Shown here: piece by piece, positions 14,176 through 28,500 of the stretch
Layout of the letters: every line of letters begins with the position of its first letter
Numbering within the stretch: position 1 is the first letter of the stretch
From: Eledone cirrhosa
Taxonomy: Eukaryota
Assembly: GCA_964016885.1 (NCBI GenBank)
Contig: OZ024741.1
Span: 348,688,001-348,752,000 of the forward strand
Length of the DNA stretch: 64,000 nt
Direction: 5' to 3'
Translations under genes and position numbers: made by a program
Notes under the pieces: model-generated
What the model saw: only the letters and a program-made list of their open reading frames with translations
What the model was told of the DNA's origin: nothing
Databases searched by the model: none

Positions 14176-14362
14176 AATAATTGTTTCTACTTTTGGCACA
14201 AGGCCAACACATATCCAGTACATTACTGGTACTTATTTTATCGACTCCGTATGGATTAAAGGCAAAGTTAACCTCGGCGGGATTTGAACTTAGATCATAA
14301 AGGGGCGTAACTATGCTGGAAAGCATGTCCGACCCTCTACCGATACTGCCAATTCACCGCCC
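14176..14362 (-). mobile_element. tRNA-derived SINE, full length
   Basis: Minus-strand head gggcggtgaattggcagtatcggtagag (A-box-like), B box, core and tail. Confidence 0.9.
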
Positions 14363-14810
14363 TAATGAATTACATAATTTATCTACTAAATTTCGTGGCT
14401 GTTCATTAAATATATTTTGTTTATTTAATGATTCACTTCTTTAAAATTTCTGAAATGTCAACACTTCCGGTCGCAATCGCTTAAATAAACATATTAATTT
14501 TCCGTCACTAATTTTCTCTTAATGCAGTTTATATATAATATCGTCTTTTTTATTGTAATATGGATTAGGTTACTGATTACATAAGTCTTCGTTCAATTTC
14601 TATGTATTATATATTGTCAATTACGATTTTATTTGATGTATCATATCTACATGTATATATACCTGAGTATAATATCAATATACACACTACACATGCTAGC
14701 AGAAAACCACTCGAAGGGTATTTTTTCTCTACAGAAAATAAATAAATAAAAGATAAATAACATTGGGAGAGTTAAGAAGTGTGTAAAAATGATAAATAAA
14801 TAAAAATAAT

Positions 14811-14990
14811 TGTTTCTACTTTTGGCACAAGGCCAGCAATTTACCAGTGCATTACTGGTACTTTATTTTATCGACCCCGTAAGGATAAAAGCCAAAGTTA
14901 ACCTCGGCGGGATTTGAACTCAGAATGGCAAGGGCCGTAACTCTATGCGTCAAAGCATGATCTCCGACCCTCTACCTGTACTGCCAATCC
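14811..14990 (-). mobile_element. tRNA-derived SINE with 16-bp TSD
   Basis: TSD aataaataaaaataat at 14795-14810 and 14991-15006. Confidence 0.9.
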
Positions 14991-15199
14991 AATAAATAAA
15001 AATAATGAACGCTGGCTACTTTCCCTCTCTCTCTCCCATCCCATTACTCTCTATCTCTTTGTTTCTCTCTCAAATCCCCCCTCTCTCTACAGAATAGAGA
15101 ACAAAAAATAAAGAAAATATGAATAACGTTAAGGAAGCGGGAGAGTTAAAAAGTGTGTAAAAACAATAAATAAATAAAAGTTAACAACGCTTGTTGCTT

Positions 15200-15480
15200 T
15201 CCCTCTCTAACTTTCATCGTATTTATCTCTCATCCCCTTACTCTCTTTCTTTCTCTCTTGCATCCTCTTACTCTCTCTCTCTCTCCCATCTCCCACTCTC
15301 TCTCTCTCTTTCTCTGTCATCCCTTACACTCTTTCTTTCTCTCTCACATCTTCTTACTCTCTCTCTCTCCCTTCCACTCATTCTCTCTCTTTTTCTCTCA
15401 TCCCCTTACTCTCTCTCCCATCTCCCACTCTCTCTTTTTCTCTCACCCTTACTCTGAACCATTCCTCACTCTCTTATCTA
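15200..15480. repeat. CT-rich low-complexity tract
   Basis: Direct reading. Confidence 0.8.
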
Positions 15481-15913
15481 CAGACTGGAGAACATAAAAA
15501 AACAAAATGGATGATCTCTTTTGATATTCATTAGAAAATAAGATAAATTGAATTTAAATGAATTCCTTGCTTTGCAAAGTAAAACTTTTCGACCGTTACC
15601 TGTCCGAGTGTATAGTAAATATGTGCATGTAATTTTAAGGAGTTTGGTCTGGTAGTTTGCTAGTTTTAGGCAGAAACACAGAATCGTAAACTTGCATTTA
15701 TATATATAGATAGATATAGATGTATCTCTGCGTTAAAAAGAATTTTAACCAATACCACAACATTTGTTACGTTAGCGATTCGTTAACTATTAATCACCAC
15801 GCTGTAGAACTGACCATTTTCTCCTCATTTCTAATGTCTAATAGGGAAAAATGTCTCTCACGTGTATTGGTACACTTACGATATTTAATATTTATAAAGA
15901 TAATAAATGATCC

Positions 15914-15931
15914 CACACACACTCACTCACT

Positions 15932-15998
<67 letters not shown>

Positions 15999-16017
15999 CT
16001 ATATATATATATATATA

Positions 16018-16083
<66 letters not shown>

Positions 16084-16256
16084 TGTATATATATGTACAT
16101 ACGTACATGCATACATACATCCATCCATACATACACAGATGCATCAATACATACTAATATATCTACCTGCCTACCTACCTACCTACCTACCTACATACAT
16201 ACATACATACATACATACATACATACATACATACATACATACATACATACATACAT
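15914..16256. repeat. Compound (CA)n(TA)n(CCTA)n(CATA)n microsatellite
   Basis: Direct reading. Confidence 0.95.
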
Positions 16257-17793
16257 AAGTGAGGGTACCCTTGAGACTGTGATAAGAAAACTCCAAGATA
16301 AGAAAACACCAGGAAGAGACATGATTGTCGGCTACTGGTACAAAAAACTGAACTGATATTCTATCGGGGGTATCTTACTGACCTCTACCAATAAGTTCGT
16401 AAGAGAGATACACTTATACCAGAATGGTTGACATTAGCACAAACATCACTGGTCCACAAGAACAAAGACACCCACTTGACAAAAAACTACCGACCCATTG
16501 CATACCAGAACTTGATGTACAAGATGTATACAGCCTGCCTGAACCTATTCCTCCAAGATAACTGTGAAAATAATAACATCATCAAAGAAGAAGAAGCAGC
16601 TGGAAAGAAAGCGGTTTGGGGATGTGCTGAACAACTCCTAATCAATAAAACTGCGATGTCGGAAGTGCGATAACTTAAGAGGAATATGGCTACAGTCTGG
16701 CTGGACTACAGGAAAGCTTTCGATTCTGTTCCCCACTCTTGGATGATAGAGGCCCTCCAACTTGCTAAATTCCCAGACATTATTATCAGATAAGGAAAGT
16801 AGTATATCTTGGACCAACAACCGCTATATTGGCTCCCACTTCGAAGGATATGCTTTTGCAATCCAAGAACAGAAAATTAACACGAAATACCTGATTCACA
16901 AAAGAGAAAGGGATGCAGGCAAAACACCTAGATGTGATAACAAGTGCAGACTGCTGAATGAGAATTAACATCGAGGATATCACCCATGTCATCAGCAGCT
17001 GTAAAAAGATGTCATCGCGGTACTATCTACCTATGAGGCATGATGTAGTGGCCAAAACGCTGTACAATGCAATCCGTAGAAAATATAGACCCGATAATAA
17101 ATACATTAAAAGCTACAGCAATGTGGAAGACATCCATATATACATAATATGAAAGAGTACTGGTGGAATGTTCCAGTAAAATCCCAATAAAATGGAGACA
17201 TAAAAGACCAGATATTATGATATTACGATATTATGATATTACGAAAAGAAAGCATACACAGTAGTGGAAGTTAGCTGCCCAGCAGTTGCCAATATAATAT
17301 CAAAGATTATCGAAAAGGAGAATATTTATGCAAAACTGATGAGAAATCTGCAGATACTCCACCCTGATTACACCTTCAGATGTATGCTGTGATTATTGGG
17401 GCACTGGGATATGTTAGTAACTGCCTCAATACAAATCTTGAGAAGCTAGGCTTCACATGAACAGAAAGAACACAACTAGTTAGGAAATTACAAGTACAAT
17501 CCATTAATGTAACAGTAAAAATACGTAAAACATTCCAAAAATGTTGCATCTAATAACTGCATATACACATGTACAGATAGAAAGCATATACACATGCACT
17601 CATACAACTCAAAACATCCACATCCACACATACAATAACATCCATAGCTATACACACATGCATGCAGGCATGCATATATATCTACCTAGTTGATGTTGTG
17701 TAAATTCCAATGAGAGAGTCTTGTATCTATGTTAGAAACCGACTCCGTCTCTCTCTATTGGCAAACATTTGTGAAATTATAAAACCAGAAGAA
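16257..17793 (+). mobile_element. R4/Dong-type RLE non-LTR retrotransposon, 5'-truncated and internally deleted, inserted in (CATA)n
   Basis: KTPGRDMIVGYWYKKL, NYRPIAYQNLMYKMYT, WLDYRKAFDSVPHSWMIEAL, EGYAFAIQEQKINTK, CDNKCRL..EDITHVISSC, RHD, KRPDI, VEVSCP. (CATA)n lies on both flanks. Confidence 0.88.
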
Positions 17794-17847
17794 CATACAT
17801 ACATACATACATACATACATACATACATACATACATACATACATACA

Positions 17848-17878
<31 letters not shown>

Positions 17879-19379
17879 CCAATAGTGTGTACATATAAAT
17901 ATCGTTGTCTGTGTTTAAAACTTAAATAGTTGGAAAACCTGGCACTGTTGACATTTCCATCAACAAGGATGCTCGTAACTTCCCTAAAAACAGACCATGT
18001 GTTCTTTATACTGTTTTGCTTTTTATTATAATTTTCTTATTCATTTTCCTTTGCTTTTAATTTCTTGTAGCTGGCTTCTTATACGCTGTCCGCCTTTTAA
18101 GAATCTAATGAATATATAAATACCTGTTAAATAGTCAATCAGCAGTTTGGCATTCTGTCAATTCCATGTGCTTCTGTCTATCGATTTGTTGTATTTTATT
18201 CTTTCTAGGATTACTTCATCTATTCCCTCAGTTGATGTTCTGCTCCTTTGCTGATTATTTACACTCTGGACTATTTTTTCCATTCTGTGTTTATTGTTAT
18301 GTATCTTTTTAGGTTTCTCCTCTTGCTCCTGTTGCTGTTATTGCTATTTTTGTTGCAGTTTTTGTTCTGTATTTGGTTTTTGTGTAACTGACAGTTTTCC
18401 AATAGATCTCCATACACTTCCTAATTTTAAGTTGTGTTTCATTTAAGGCCTGTTTTTATTTATTGTTTTAGCTGTTGTATGAGAGTGTTTGCTGTTCATC
18501 TTTTTGTTCTCAATAAACTGTTCGAACTTTTTTTTAACTTGTTTTATTTTGGACATGGAAGATTGCATTCATTATTTTTTTTTATGCACTGCAATTCTGC
18601 TAGAAGTTACCGCATAATTCTCACTTTGCGCTTGTCAAAATGTTTCTCTTTGATGTTATTTATATTTTCATAAGTATTAATTGAATTACTATTCCAATAT
18701 TGATTTCTGACATGAACATAAGGTCACATATTAGAGAAGGTGGTGAGTATCTTTGATATTATTGATTTCCGATATCTCCTGCCCTTAAATTTATCAGGAC
18801 GAAACGTCGTACAGTAAACCACCGTTTGTTATCGTCTCGATTAGTGGAATGGAGACATGTAAATTCGACTAACCGAGCTTCGAATTGGAAACCTAACTAC
18901 ATTCTGCAGTTAGAGTTTCATTGATAGGAAGACTATAGTTTAAGAGAATTTCAGTCATTGACATTTCCATATAAGCACACTTGGTTGGTTGCTTTTATAA
19001 TAGGGATTGATTCTGTTTTCATCAGCTGCATCCGCGATTCTTTTGTCTTCAGAAATACATTTAGATACCTTCGACATTTCATTAAGTGATATATTGTCTC
19101 TGAGGAGAAGGATATTTCAATTAGAACATATTTCATTTCCGTCTGGGCTTTGAATAAAATATGATAGTCTTTAGATCTTCCTCTCTGTTTGCTTTGGCAT
19201 AACATAATTTGTTTGATATTCCCTGACACATCCTTCGGCGTTCCATTATGCAAAATCATTTCAGTCGGTATTCTTAATATGACCAAACAACAGTGACAAT
19301 TTACTTCGCCTTTTTAACATTTTTTCTTACTAAATTTTATTTTTTAAATAAACATCTATTTTACAAAAATTTAGTTGAA

Positions 19380-21650
19380 TGTCTCTAATCCAATATTCTG
19401 AAGGGGAAGTAGTTTTTGATATTTTGTCGCAATAAGGGATCCACCAGTTGCGATTTGAGTCCAGCATTTTATATTCATTGTTCTCAATTTTCCTTGACTA
19501 TATTCCTGCTACGTAGCTTATTTTGGTAAAGTACATGTATAGATATTTTCGGTCATATGTATAGCATAATTCTATGGAGATCTGTTTTTATTGGACGTTT
19601 TCGATGTTCGCTTTTTCTGTCAGTCTTTCTGTATTTTCCATTATCATTATTAATATTATTATTCCTATTGTCCCGCAACATAGATGCAAATTGTACAGGA
19701 GTATTTAGTCATCTGACAAATCACAATAAGGACATCAGACAGATACTAATTTCCTTAAAATGTGCTCCGTAACTAGAAAGGCTGATTTTGTATGACACCA
19801 ATCTTGCATTGTATTCAAAACCACTTTAGGAGTTTCAATGGGATTGAAGCACCGATCAAAATTGTTATCACTTTCACATCACCCTCTCGCATTACAAACA
19901 ACCTTGCCATCTCCACCTTCAATTCAGAGTACTCGGTCTGCCAAGTCTCGATATTTGCGCATAAGATGAGTAGCAAATTGTTTGCTCCCTTTCCATATCG
20001 AATGAAGCTTCTTAATCCTCTCATGTTATTCAACGTATTTTAGCATCCAACCCATTTTTGCTTCAAGATATTTGGCCCGGCAGACTGTGGTGGTGCCGTA
20101 AGACTGGGTCGATTCACTTCTGCTTTTAGGTGACGTCATCACCTTACGAATCCTTGCGTCAATTCTTTATTTAATTGCGTCAATTCTTTATTTAATTAAA
20201 GCTATAACTAATAACTGGAACTGATAAGGAATTTGTGGCTAACATATCGTTATGTGCATTTAGTTTAGATTTCAGTACTGCTCGTACTCTTCTATAACAT
20301 TCCTTCATTTTCTTCTTTTTCGTGTTTGCATGCTGAATGTCGTTGCCTTCACTTATACCTAAGTATGTATGGGTTTGTTCCTGCTCAAGTTCACCTATAA
20401 CGGTTTAATATCAAGTTCGGCCGAAATTGAGATTATCAACTTCCTTTTCTTAAATGTGGCCTTGGCCCACTTATCAAGCCCAAACTGCATCCCAATGTTA
20501 TCACAGAATGCTTTCACAGCACGTAAAAGGCCTTCAAACTCATTATTGTCTTTGTCATATAGTTTGAAGTCAACCATATACAATATATGACAACTTCTTT
20601 TGTCAATTCCTTAACTAACGTTTCTGTTAAGTTAGATTGCAAGGGGTATTAGACCTATGCAAAATATTAGAGGTGAAAATGAGTTTCCTTGGAAAATACC
20701 ACAGTCGATGTTCATGTTGTTTGAATATAGTACTCCACTGCAATATTATTGGAGATTCCTCTTCACTAATATCACATTATATTTCAAAATGTTTGAAACT
20801 ACAGGAGAAATTTTGAAGGTGTCCAGAGATTTCAGGATCCATGAATGCGGTATACTGTCCTAACATTTTCTCTAATAAATCCATGAACGTAGAATTCTGG
20901 GTTTGTTATGATAGTTCTCAAGGATCTTTTGATTGATTAAGAGTTGTCTCGTAGGCACTTTTTTGTTCGATGGGGAAATGATTGTTCTCTTCTATAAATC
21001 CATGTTTTCTCCATGAGAATAGATGTTTAAACCTTATATTCAGTGGGTAAACATGTTGTTGGTCGATATTATCGTTATCTTTGGTTACAGCATACTACGG
21101 TAGTAATTAATACCTCTTGCTCTCCAGGCAGATTTTTTTCCGGGGATTTTTATAATTTAATTGTACTGGTGGACTAAATTTTTGTGTGCGCACGAGAGTG
21201 GTGAAAGCAAGAAAATTAGCTCGCTATCTTTACGGGGAGATTTCTACCTACAAGTCTTTGTGAGTGCCATCATTAGGTATTCTATTGAGATGCCGTCCCA
21301 TGCCTGTTCTTGCCACATTTTGTAGGATTGTTCTGTGGGTTTAAATGAATCTACATTTTCATTGTATGTCGTGTCATCACTCTAAATCTTTCTTCAAAAG
21401 CTTTCAATTTCTCCCAATGGAAGTGGAATTTATAATTGTTAATTTCTTCCTTATTTCTCTGTAAAAATGAATTGGAATTGCCGGTGAACTTAATATTCTT
21501 GTAAAAAATTGTTTCTGTTGTTAAATCTTTGATTTCGTTGAGCTTTTACTCGGATATTTTGTTTCAGTGTTTCCTTTGTTGATATCAGCACATAATTCTT
21601 CTTTAACGTTCTTCACTTTCTGGATGTTTACACATTTCCAGGCATTTGAT
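19380..21650 (-). mobile_element. Older, heavily decayed R4/Dong-type LINE
   Basis: GIFQGNSFSPLIFCIGLIPL, YMVDFKLY..LLRAVKAFCDNIGMQFGLDK, YLGISEG-like; many stops. Confidence 0.7.
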
Positions 21651-21670
21651 GACCTACCAGTGTGGTACCA

Positions 21671-21818
21671 TGTCCCTTAACGGACTGAGTTCAAATGCCG
21701 CCGAGGTTAACTTTGCCTTTCATCCTTACGGGATCGATAAAATAAAGTACCAGTAATACACTGGTTTAATTGCTGGCCTTGTGCCAAAAAGTAGAAAAAA
21801 TTGTTATTATTATTATTA
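21671..21818 (+). mobile_element. tRNA-derived SINE (5'-truncated) ending in a (TTA)n tail
   Basis: B box, core and tail as in other copies. Confidence 0.9.
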
Positions 21819-22054
21819 CAGTTGCATTTATTATTACGACTGCACATTGAAATTATATGGTCAATGGTCTCTGGTTGTTTTTTGCATACACGGCATAATG
21901 GGCTGCATCCTTTTTTTATTATGTTGGCTTGGTAATTTTTTGTTGGCAGACACTGATCTTGTGCTGATATAATCAGTCCTTCAGTCTCCGATTTCAGTCC
22001 AGAGGATGCCAACCACTCATGGGTTAAAGTTTTGTCAACATCAGGATTGTTAGC

Positions 22055-22057
<3 letters not shown>
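21819..22057 (-). mobile_element. R4/Dong-type fragment (copy A) in a (TTA)n array
   Basis: WLASSGLKSETEGLIISAQDQCLPTKNY..CRVCKKQPETIDHIISMC; nearly identical to 22757-22972; shares the terminal cagttgcattta. Confidence 0.85.
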
Positions 22058-22114
<57 letters not shown>

Positions 22115-22115
<1 letters not shown>

Positions 22116-23113
22116 AGTTGCATTTATCTTGCTTTATGTTCATACGAGTTATCACCAAATCACAACCAGTGACCTCAAGAGACAACAAGGTCCGCCATGT
22201 TCAAGAAAGAACATACACACTCACACATGCATCTTTAGTGTTTAGACTTGTGATGTACTTATATTGACAGAATCTTCCTTAGTATATGGGCAGTTCCCAT
22301 TAGTACTATCTTTTTTATTTCTCCTATACGCGGGTTTCCTGTGATTTGCGATAAGTAATCATTAGACCCCTTAGGTATCATTCCCAAAGCGCCTACAACC
22401 ACTGGTATTGTTTTAGTTCTCAATTTCCACATTTTTCAAATTTCTATCTCCAGGTCCTTATACTTGCTCAATTTTTCAAATGTTTTTATAGATACATTCT
22501 TGTCTATTGGAACAGACATATCAATTAGCAGGCATACCCTCTTTTTAAAGTCCTTCAATATTATATCAGGTGTATTTGCATCTATTTTTCGGTCTGTTTG
22601 GATGCTAAAGTTCCACAAGATTGTGATGTGATCTTTTTCAAGTATGGGATGTTGTGATGCTCCCACCAATTATTTTGATGGGGCAGGTCAAAATGCTTAC
22701 ACATTATCCAATATATGTATTGTTCAGCTCTGTCATGCCTGTTTAGGTATTCGGTTGCACATTGAAATTATATGGTCAATGGTCTCTGGTTGTTTTTTGC
22801 ATACATGGCATAATGGGCTGCATCCATTTTTTATTATGTTGGCTTGGTAATTTTTTTGTTGGCAGACACTGATCTTGTGCTGATATAATCAGTCCTTCAG
22901 TCTCCGATTTCAGTCCAGAGGATGCCAACCACTGATGGGTTAAAGTTTTGTCAACATCAGGATTGTTAGCTCGCTCTGGGTATTTTCTATACAGAGGCTT
23001 TTCTTGCCATTTCTTAGCCAGTTTCTGTAGCAGTTCTTTCTTTGCAGTTACTTTTACCTGCTTTGCTTTTTCTGTGTTTTCCATTTCAGCAGTAAATGGG
23101 ACTTCCGAAATTT

Positions 23114-23114
<1 letters not shown>
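22115..23114 (-). mobile_element. R4/Dong-type 3' portion (copy B) with CCHC and restriction-like endonuclease, in (TAA)n
   Basis: KSETEGLIISAQDQ, CCHC, RHD, ILWNFSIQTDRKIDANTPDIILKD..LIDMSVP..EKLSKYKDL, IPVVVGALG. (TTA)n lies on both flanks. Confidence 0.9.
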
Positions 23115-23190
<76 letters not shown>

Positions 23191-23405
23191 GAATGCTATG
23201 GTTGACGGAGGCTCGCCTCTGTAAGGTATTGTAAATTTTGAACGCTATAACAATTGTAAATTGTTTAAAACTTTAACGAACTTGTAGACAAAAACACCCT
23301 CCTCCTCGTGAGAGGGGTATTTCTGCCCGTTATTTGGACGTTCGGGGTTAAATAACTGCTTATTGGGGTTTTGTGCCCAATATTTATTTTAAACAAAAAA
23401 AAAAC

Positions 23406-25500
23406 ATGGCTACGAAAAAGAATTTTCATAGGTCACTCCCACTCATTCCGTCTTCTTCTTCCTCAATCATCACTACAGCAGAGAGAAGATTGTCTCTCTC
23501 CCTCCCTTCTTTAAATGTGTCTCTCTCCCTCCCTTCTCTTTCGCAAGCGACGACAGAAAAGAAAAGTCTCGTGCAAAGCGTGCAAGATTTCTCCACGACG
23601 ACGACGACAACGACGAAACAGGTGTGCGGGAAATACGAAAACCCATTTCATTCGTCTGACGTCAGGAATAATAGCAGTAGCAGCCGTAATAACAACAGCA
23701 ACAGTGACAATGAAAACAACAGTAGCAGCCGCAACAGCATCACCAGCAGCATAAACAACAACAGCATTAGCAGCAGCAACACCAACAACAACCACAGCAA
23801 CAGCGGCGGAGGCAGTAGTCGTAGTACCTGCAGCAACAACAAAAGTACCAGCAGCTATGACGACAACAGCAACAGCAGAGAAAAACCAATCTCATTTGCA
23901 GGTATTGCGAAAAACTTGGAAACAATCCTCATAACAAATGAGGAATTAGAGGAAGCGAAGAAGATGGTGACAAAGAACGGACACCGAGCAATCTGCAAGG
24001 CAGCGGAAAAACTTTTCGAAACCCAAGAGCACTGTACGGTCACGTACCGTACAGTAAGTACAAAATCCCGTAGGGTGGAAAGAGCCACAGAGGCCCAAAT
24101 ACAAAAAGCCTTGGGGTCTGTGTGGTAGCGGAAAACGCACATCACCCGAGGCAAAAATATGCCACCGTAGACGTACTTTTTGCCACACCCCAGGAGGCAA
24201 AGGCCCAATCAGTAGTGACCCTAAGGAGCGAGGAAATGGTGTTGGTGCCCTCCTACTGCGGGCTAAAAATTGTGAGGGTCAAACTGACCCACGTCCCCCC
24301 CGGAATGACCCCTTCTTGGCTGGCCGCGTCTGTCCTCGTCGGAATCGAGGACAAAACAACTGTACTGCAAGTACAGAAAAAAGTAAGAGAAGATTGGGTC
24401 GGCACCTCCATTGAGATGCTAATCCAAACCAACCAGGAGTGCATCGAAGCTATCCCGGATGTGATAGACTTCGATAACGGCACTCAACTGCCCATAAGTG
24501 TTGAGGGCAAACGCCCGAAATGCTTTCGCTGTGGATCGAAGACTCACCTCAGGGCCTTCTGCAACGAGAAGACCCTGAGAAAGGAGAAAACCCCCCTCCT
24601 TCCGAATCCGGCTCCACGGCTACCAGCAACAGGACAAGCGGCAACCAGGAACGATAGGCCCGTGGCACCCATACCCACTCCACGGAAATCAAAAACAGCA
24701 GCAGCAGTGGAAATATTAACAACAACAACAGCAATACCAAATGCAGCTGCAACAGAGACTCCAGTGCAAACATCACCAACAACAACAAGTGAAAGAGTGG
24801 AGCTGGTACCCCTCCCCGACCTCACAGAATCAGACATGGAGTGTGAGGTGGGAGAGGGATGGCAAAAGGTCGTAAGAAGGCACAAACGCAGAAGCAGCGC
24901 ATCGTCGCCTTTGAAAAGGGAGGAAAGAAATGAGAAAAGGGTAAAGTCTACTGCAAAGAGACCCACAGCAGCAACAACACCAACACCATCACCACCCACA
25001 CTAGCACCACCATCACCACCGGCGACAACCCCACCGCCAACAACACCTTCAACACCACCACCACAAGCACCAACATCGCAAACACAACAACAAAACACAC
25101 ACACCCAGCAACAACGACAAGAAAATAGCAGAACCACACCCACCCCCAGAAAAACAAATGCACGGCAATAAATACACACAACAAGAAACTAATGACTTAC
25201 ATAATTGAACACACAGACATTTCACAACAGGATTACATAATACCAGCACCAATCAAAACGCCAACTAACATAAGACTGCTAAAAATAGCACAGAAACAAT
25301 ACACAAACATTAAAACGAAATTCCCCAACGCAGTTGGTGATTTCAGGGACCTAGGAGGAACCATCAATCGAAGAGTATACTCAGACATTCTCTTAGAAGA
25401 GCCGACGACCAGCCGAAGGGACGATTCAACGGTCCCTTCACCAGACGATCAAGTGAAAAGGGATGAAAAAACCATCCCTCCTCTACCAAAAGTACGGTAA
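23406..25500 (+). pseudogene. Tx1-like ORF1 (gag-like, CCHC zinc knuckle), disrupted
   Basis: ATG at 23406, Ser/Asn-rich N-terminus, frame change near 24125, PKCFRCGSKTHLRAFC knuckle, Pro/Thr-rich tail, further break near 25171. Confidence 0.8.
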
Positions 25501-25535
25501 GTGGTCTTTCCCATCTTTTCCACTCTATTTTAAAC

Positions 25536-28500
25536 ATGACCTCACTCAGAATAGGCAGCATAAATGCGCGTGGCTTGGGGTCGTCATGGAAGCAGGGTCA
25601 CCTGCTCAACGACCTCAGGTCACTAAACATAGATGTAGTGGCCATCAGCGAGACCAGAATCTCCGAAGCACGGGCCTTCGCACCGATCTTCGGCGGCTAC
25701 GATGTGTACGCATCTCCCAGCCGTCCTGGATCCGGTGGAGGAGTTGCTGTGCTTTTTCGGAGAGGTTTGGATCTCGCCATACGGGCCATCTTCCTGGACC
25801 CAGAGGGTAAGCTGGTGGTGCTGGACGTGACCAGCGGAGACGGGCAAGCTTTCAGGCTAGTGGCCGTCTATGCCCCGACAGGAGCAGGGCGGCCTGATTT
25901 CTTCCGGCGTCTGGAGACCTTTCTTGGAACGTCCCGCTCTTTAGTGTTAGTGGGCGACTGGAACGGGATCTTAGATGCACGCTGGGACTGTGTGGGATTA
26001 GCGGATAGGGGTGGAGGGTTCAAGAGCCTCACCAACCTGCTCAGGCGTTTTGAACTGTCTGACAGGTACCGATTGGATTTCCCGAATGTGCCATTGTGGA
26101 CTTGGACAAACCGCATAGGGTCATCCAGATCATATCTAGATAGAGTATTTTGTAGGGAAATAGATAGGTCTAGCATAGGCTGGCCACAATTCAAGATAGT
26201 CAGCTACACGGACCACAAATTCGTGATCTGTGTGCTTGACTTAGATAGGCTTCATAGACGAGGACCCGGCTACTGGAAGCTAAACACGTCCTTACCAGCG
26301 CGCAAGGCCTACAGAGACCGGATTAGCGAACTAGTTAAGCGGGCGTTGACGGGGGCCATCGTCAACAACAAGTGGTGGTTTGCTCTGAAAAGAGCGATTA
26401 GAATAGAATCGATTAGGTTTAGTAAGGCTTTAGCAATAGAGAAAAATAGAGCAGAGGGAGAACTAGTTAGAAATTTAGACGAGGCGCTTAGCAAAGGCAT
26501 TGCGACCGACGTGCTTGCGGCGAAATTGGCCCTTGACCAATTCTTCAATGCAAAGCACGAAGGCTGTGTTGTCGGAGCAAGGGTGCGTGCTCTCAGACAC
26601 GAGGGGACGAAAGCCGAGTGGCGGAGGCGCGTCGTGGCAACAAAGCCACGATCCGGTCTTTGGTGGATCACGACGGGCGCATGCTACTCGATCCCGGGCA
26701 AATGTGTGAAGCTTTTCAGCGACACTTCGCTCAGCTGTTCGGGGGCAGCGGTGGGCCGGGTAGAGGGATGGACTTTAGTGTCTACCTCGACGGACTGCCG
26801 CGGCTCTCGGCCACTGAGGCGAAGTGTTGCGAAAAGCCGATAACAGCCGCTGAAGTAAGGGAGGCAATGACTGGCTGCACAAGGGGTAAATCGCCTGGTT
26901 TGGATGGTCTGCCCTATGAACTTTACGTACAGATGCCAGACTTGTTCGGAGGCCTCTTGGCGGACGTCTACTGCAACTGGCAACAGAACGGGAGAATTCC
27001 CAGTTCTGTGAGCCGAGGAGCGGTGGCACTGCTGAGAAAGGATCCGAACAAGGGGGATAACATAGAAAATTTCCGGCCCATAACTCTGCTAAACACAGAG
27101 TTTAAGATTTTGGCCAAGGTGCTAGCAAAGAGGTTGGCGCTTGTCGTTGGTGGTCTGGTGGGAGAGGCGCAGACATGCGCCATTCCCGACAGATCCATCC
27201 ACGACAACCTCCACCTCATGCGATACATCGTAGAGAGGGTAGCTAGGGAACCTGGCACGGGTGGGTCCTTGATCAATTTAGATCAGTCGAAAGCTTTCGA
27301 TAGGGTCGACCATCGTTACCTAGCGGCAGTCCTGAGGGCGGCTGGCTTTGGGCTCGTCTTCAGAGGCTGGATCGCTGCCATGCACAGCGACATCTGCTCT
27401 GTGGTGAGAGTGAACGGTCACCTGTCGGAACCGTTCAACATCATGCGCTCGGTCCGCCAAGGATGTCCCCTCTCGTCCCTCTTGTACGTATTGACTCTCG
27501 AGCAATTACTGCACAAACTGGAGACGTTGAGGGGAGTCCCGCGCGAACTAGGATGCGGAAGATCCGTGTCAGCATATGCGGACGATGTCACCGTAGTGGT
27601 GTCGAACGCCAAACACATCGAGGCGATCGGCACTACACTAAGAGAATACGAAGCGGTGACAGGAGCAATGATCAACCAGGAAAAGTCAGTGGGCCTGCAG
27701 CTCGGCACCTGGAGAGGCAGGTCCATGCCGTCCAACAGCGTCGTCGGACGCTGGACGGACGGACCGGTTAAATTGCTAGGGGTCTGGTTCGGTCCGGACC
27801 TCCAGACGGACAAAAACTGGGACGAGGTGACGAGCAGGGTGGCTTCTCTCACCCATAAATGGGCGGAGAGGAACCTATCCCTGAAAGGTCGAGCGGAGGT
27901 GGCTAACGCGTACATCGCGTCTGTCATCTGCTACCGCCTGACCGTCGTACCTTGTCCTAAGCCTCGCCTGACTGCGCTGGAGCGTTTGCTCTTTCGCTTT
28001 TTGTGGAAGGGACGTGCTCCGATGGTCAGGCGGTCCATCTGTTGTCAACACCCGCTACGTGGAGGGCTGGGCATGCCGTGGCTGATGATGCGCAGGCACG
28101 CGCTCAGGCTACGACATCTCCACCTCTTCCTCGACGGTGATCAGGTGTGGTCGCCGTTTGCTAGGCGCGTATTTCCCCAGCTCGTTTCCTTGACGGAGCT
28201 GCAGTCCTGGGTCAAGCGAAGACCGAGAGGGAGCGCCTGGAGACTGGAATGACTTCAGGCGCTCACAGCCCTCGACCAATCGGGCAATGTGATCGGTGGA
28301 AACTCCACCTCGGCTTTCTATAGAGGATTAGTGGAGGGTAAGAGCGACGACGTACTTGGGGAAACTCTAGGCGTCGACGAAAATCAACTAGCCAATCTCT
28401 TTGGAAGAACTTTCGGGCCGGGGCCTATGGACAACTTCCAGAAATCTCTGGCCTGGCAGTGCTACCGAGGAGCCTTGCCAGTTCGGGATAAACTCTACAG

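Larger units (their letters stand above)
9028..15710 (-). mobile_element. Decayed autonomous Helitron (boundaries inferred)
   Basis: Contains a Rep-helicase pseudogene. The 3' end region cagaggtacccgggaatgc (9032-9050) resembles the intact 3' end at 34561. A putative 5' end TCTATATATATAAA..ctgtgtttctgcc on the minus strand at about 15710 resembles 35129. Confidence 0.65.

Noticed and set aside
18850-19290. Possible very old RTE-like fragment on the minus strand
   Set aside because: Only a vague resemblance; no diagnostic motif is intact
24544-27927. Long antisense ORFs within the Tx1 element
   Set aside because: They are shadow frames of GC-rich coding sequence with no motifs
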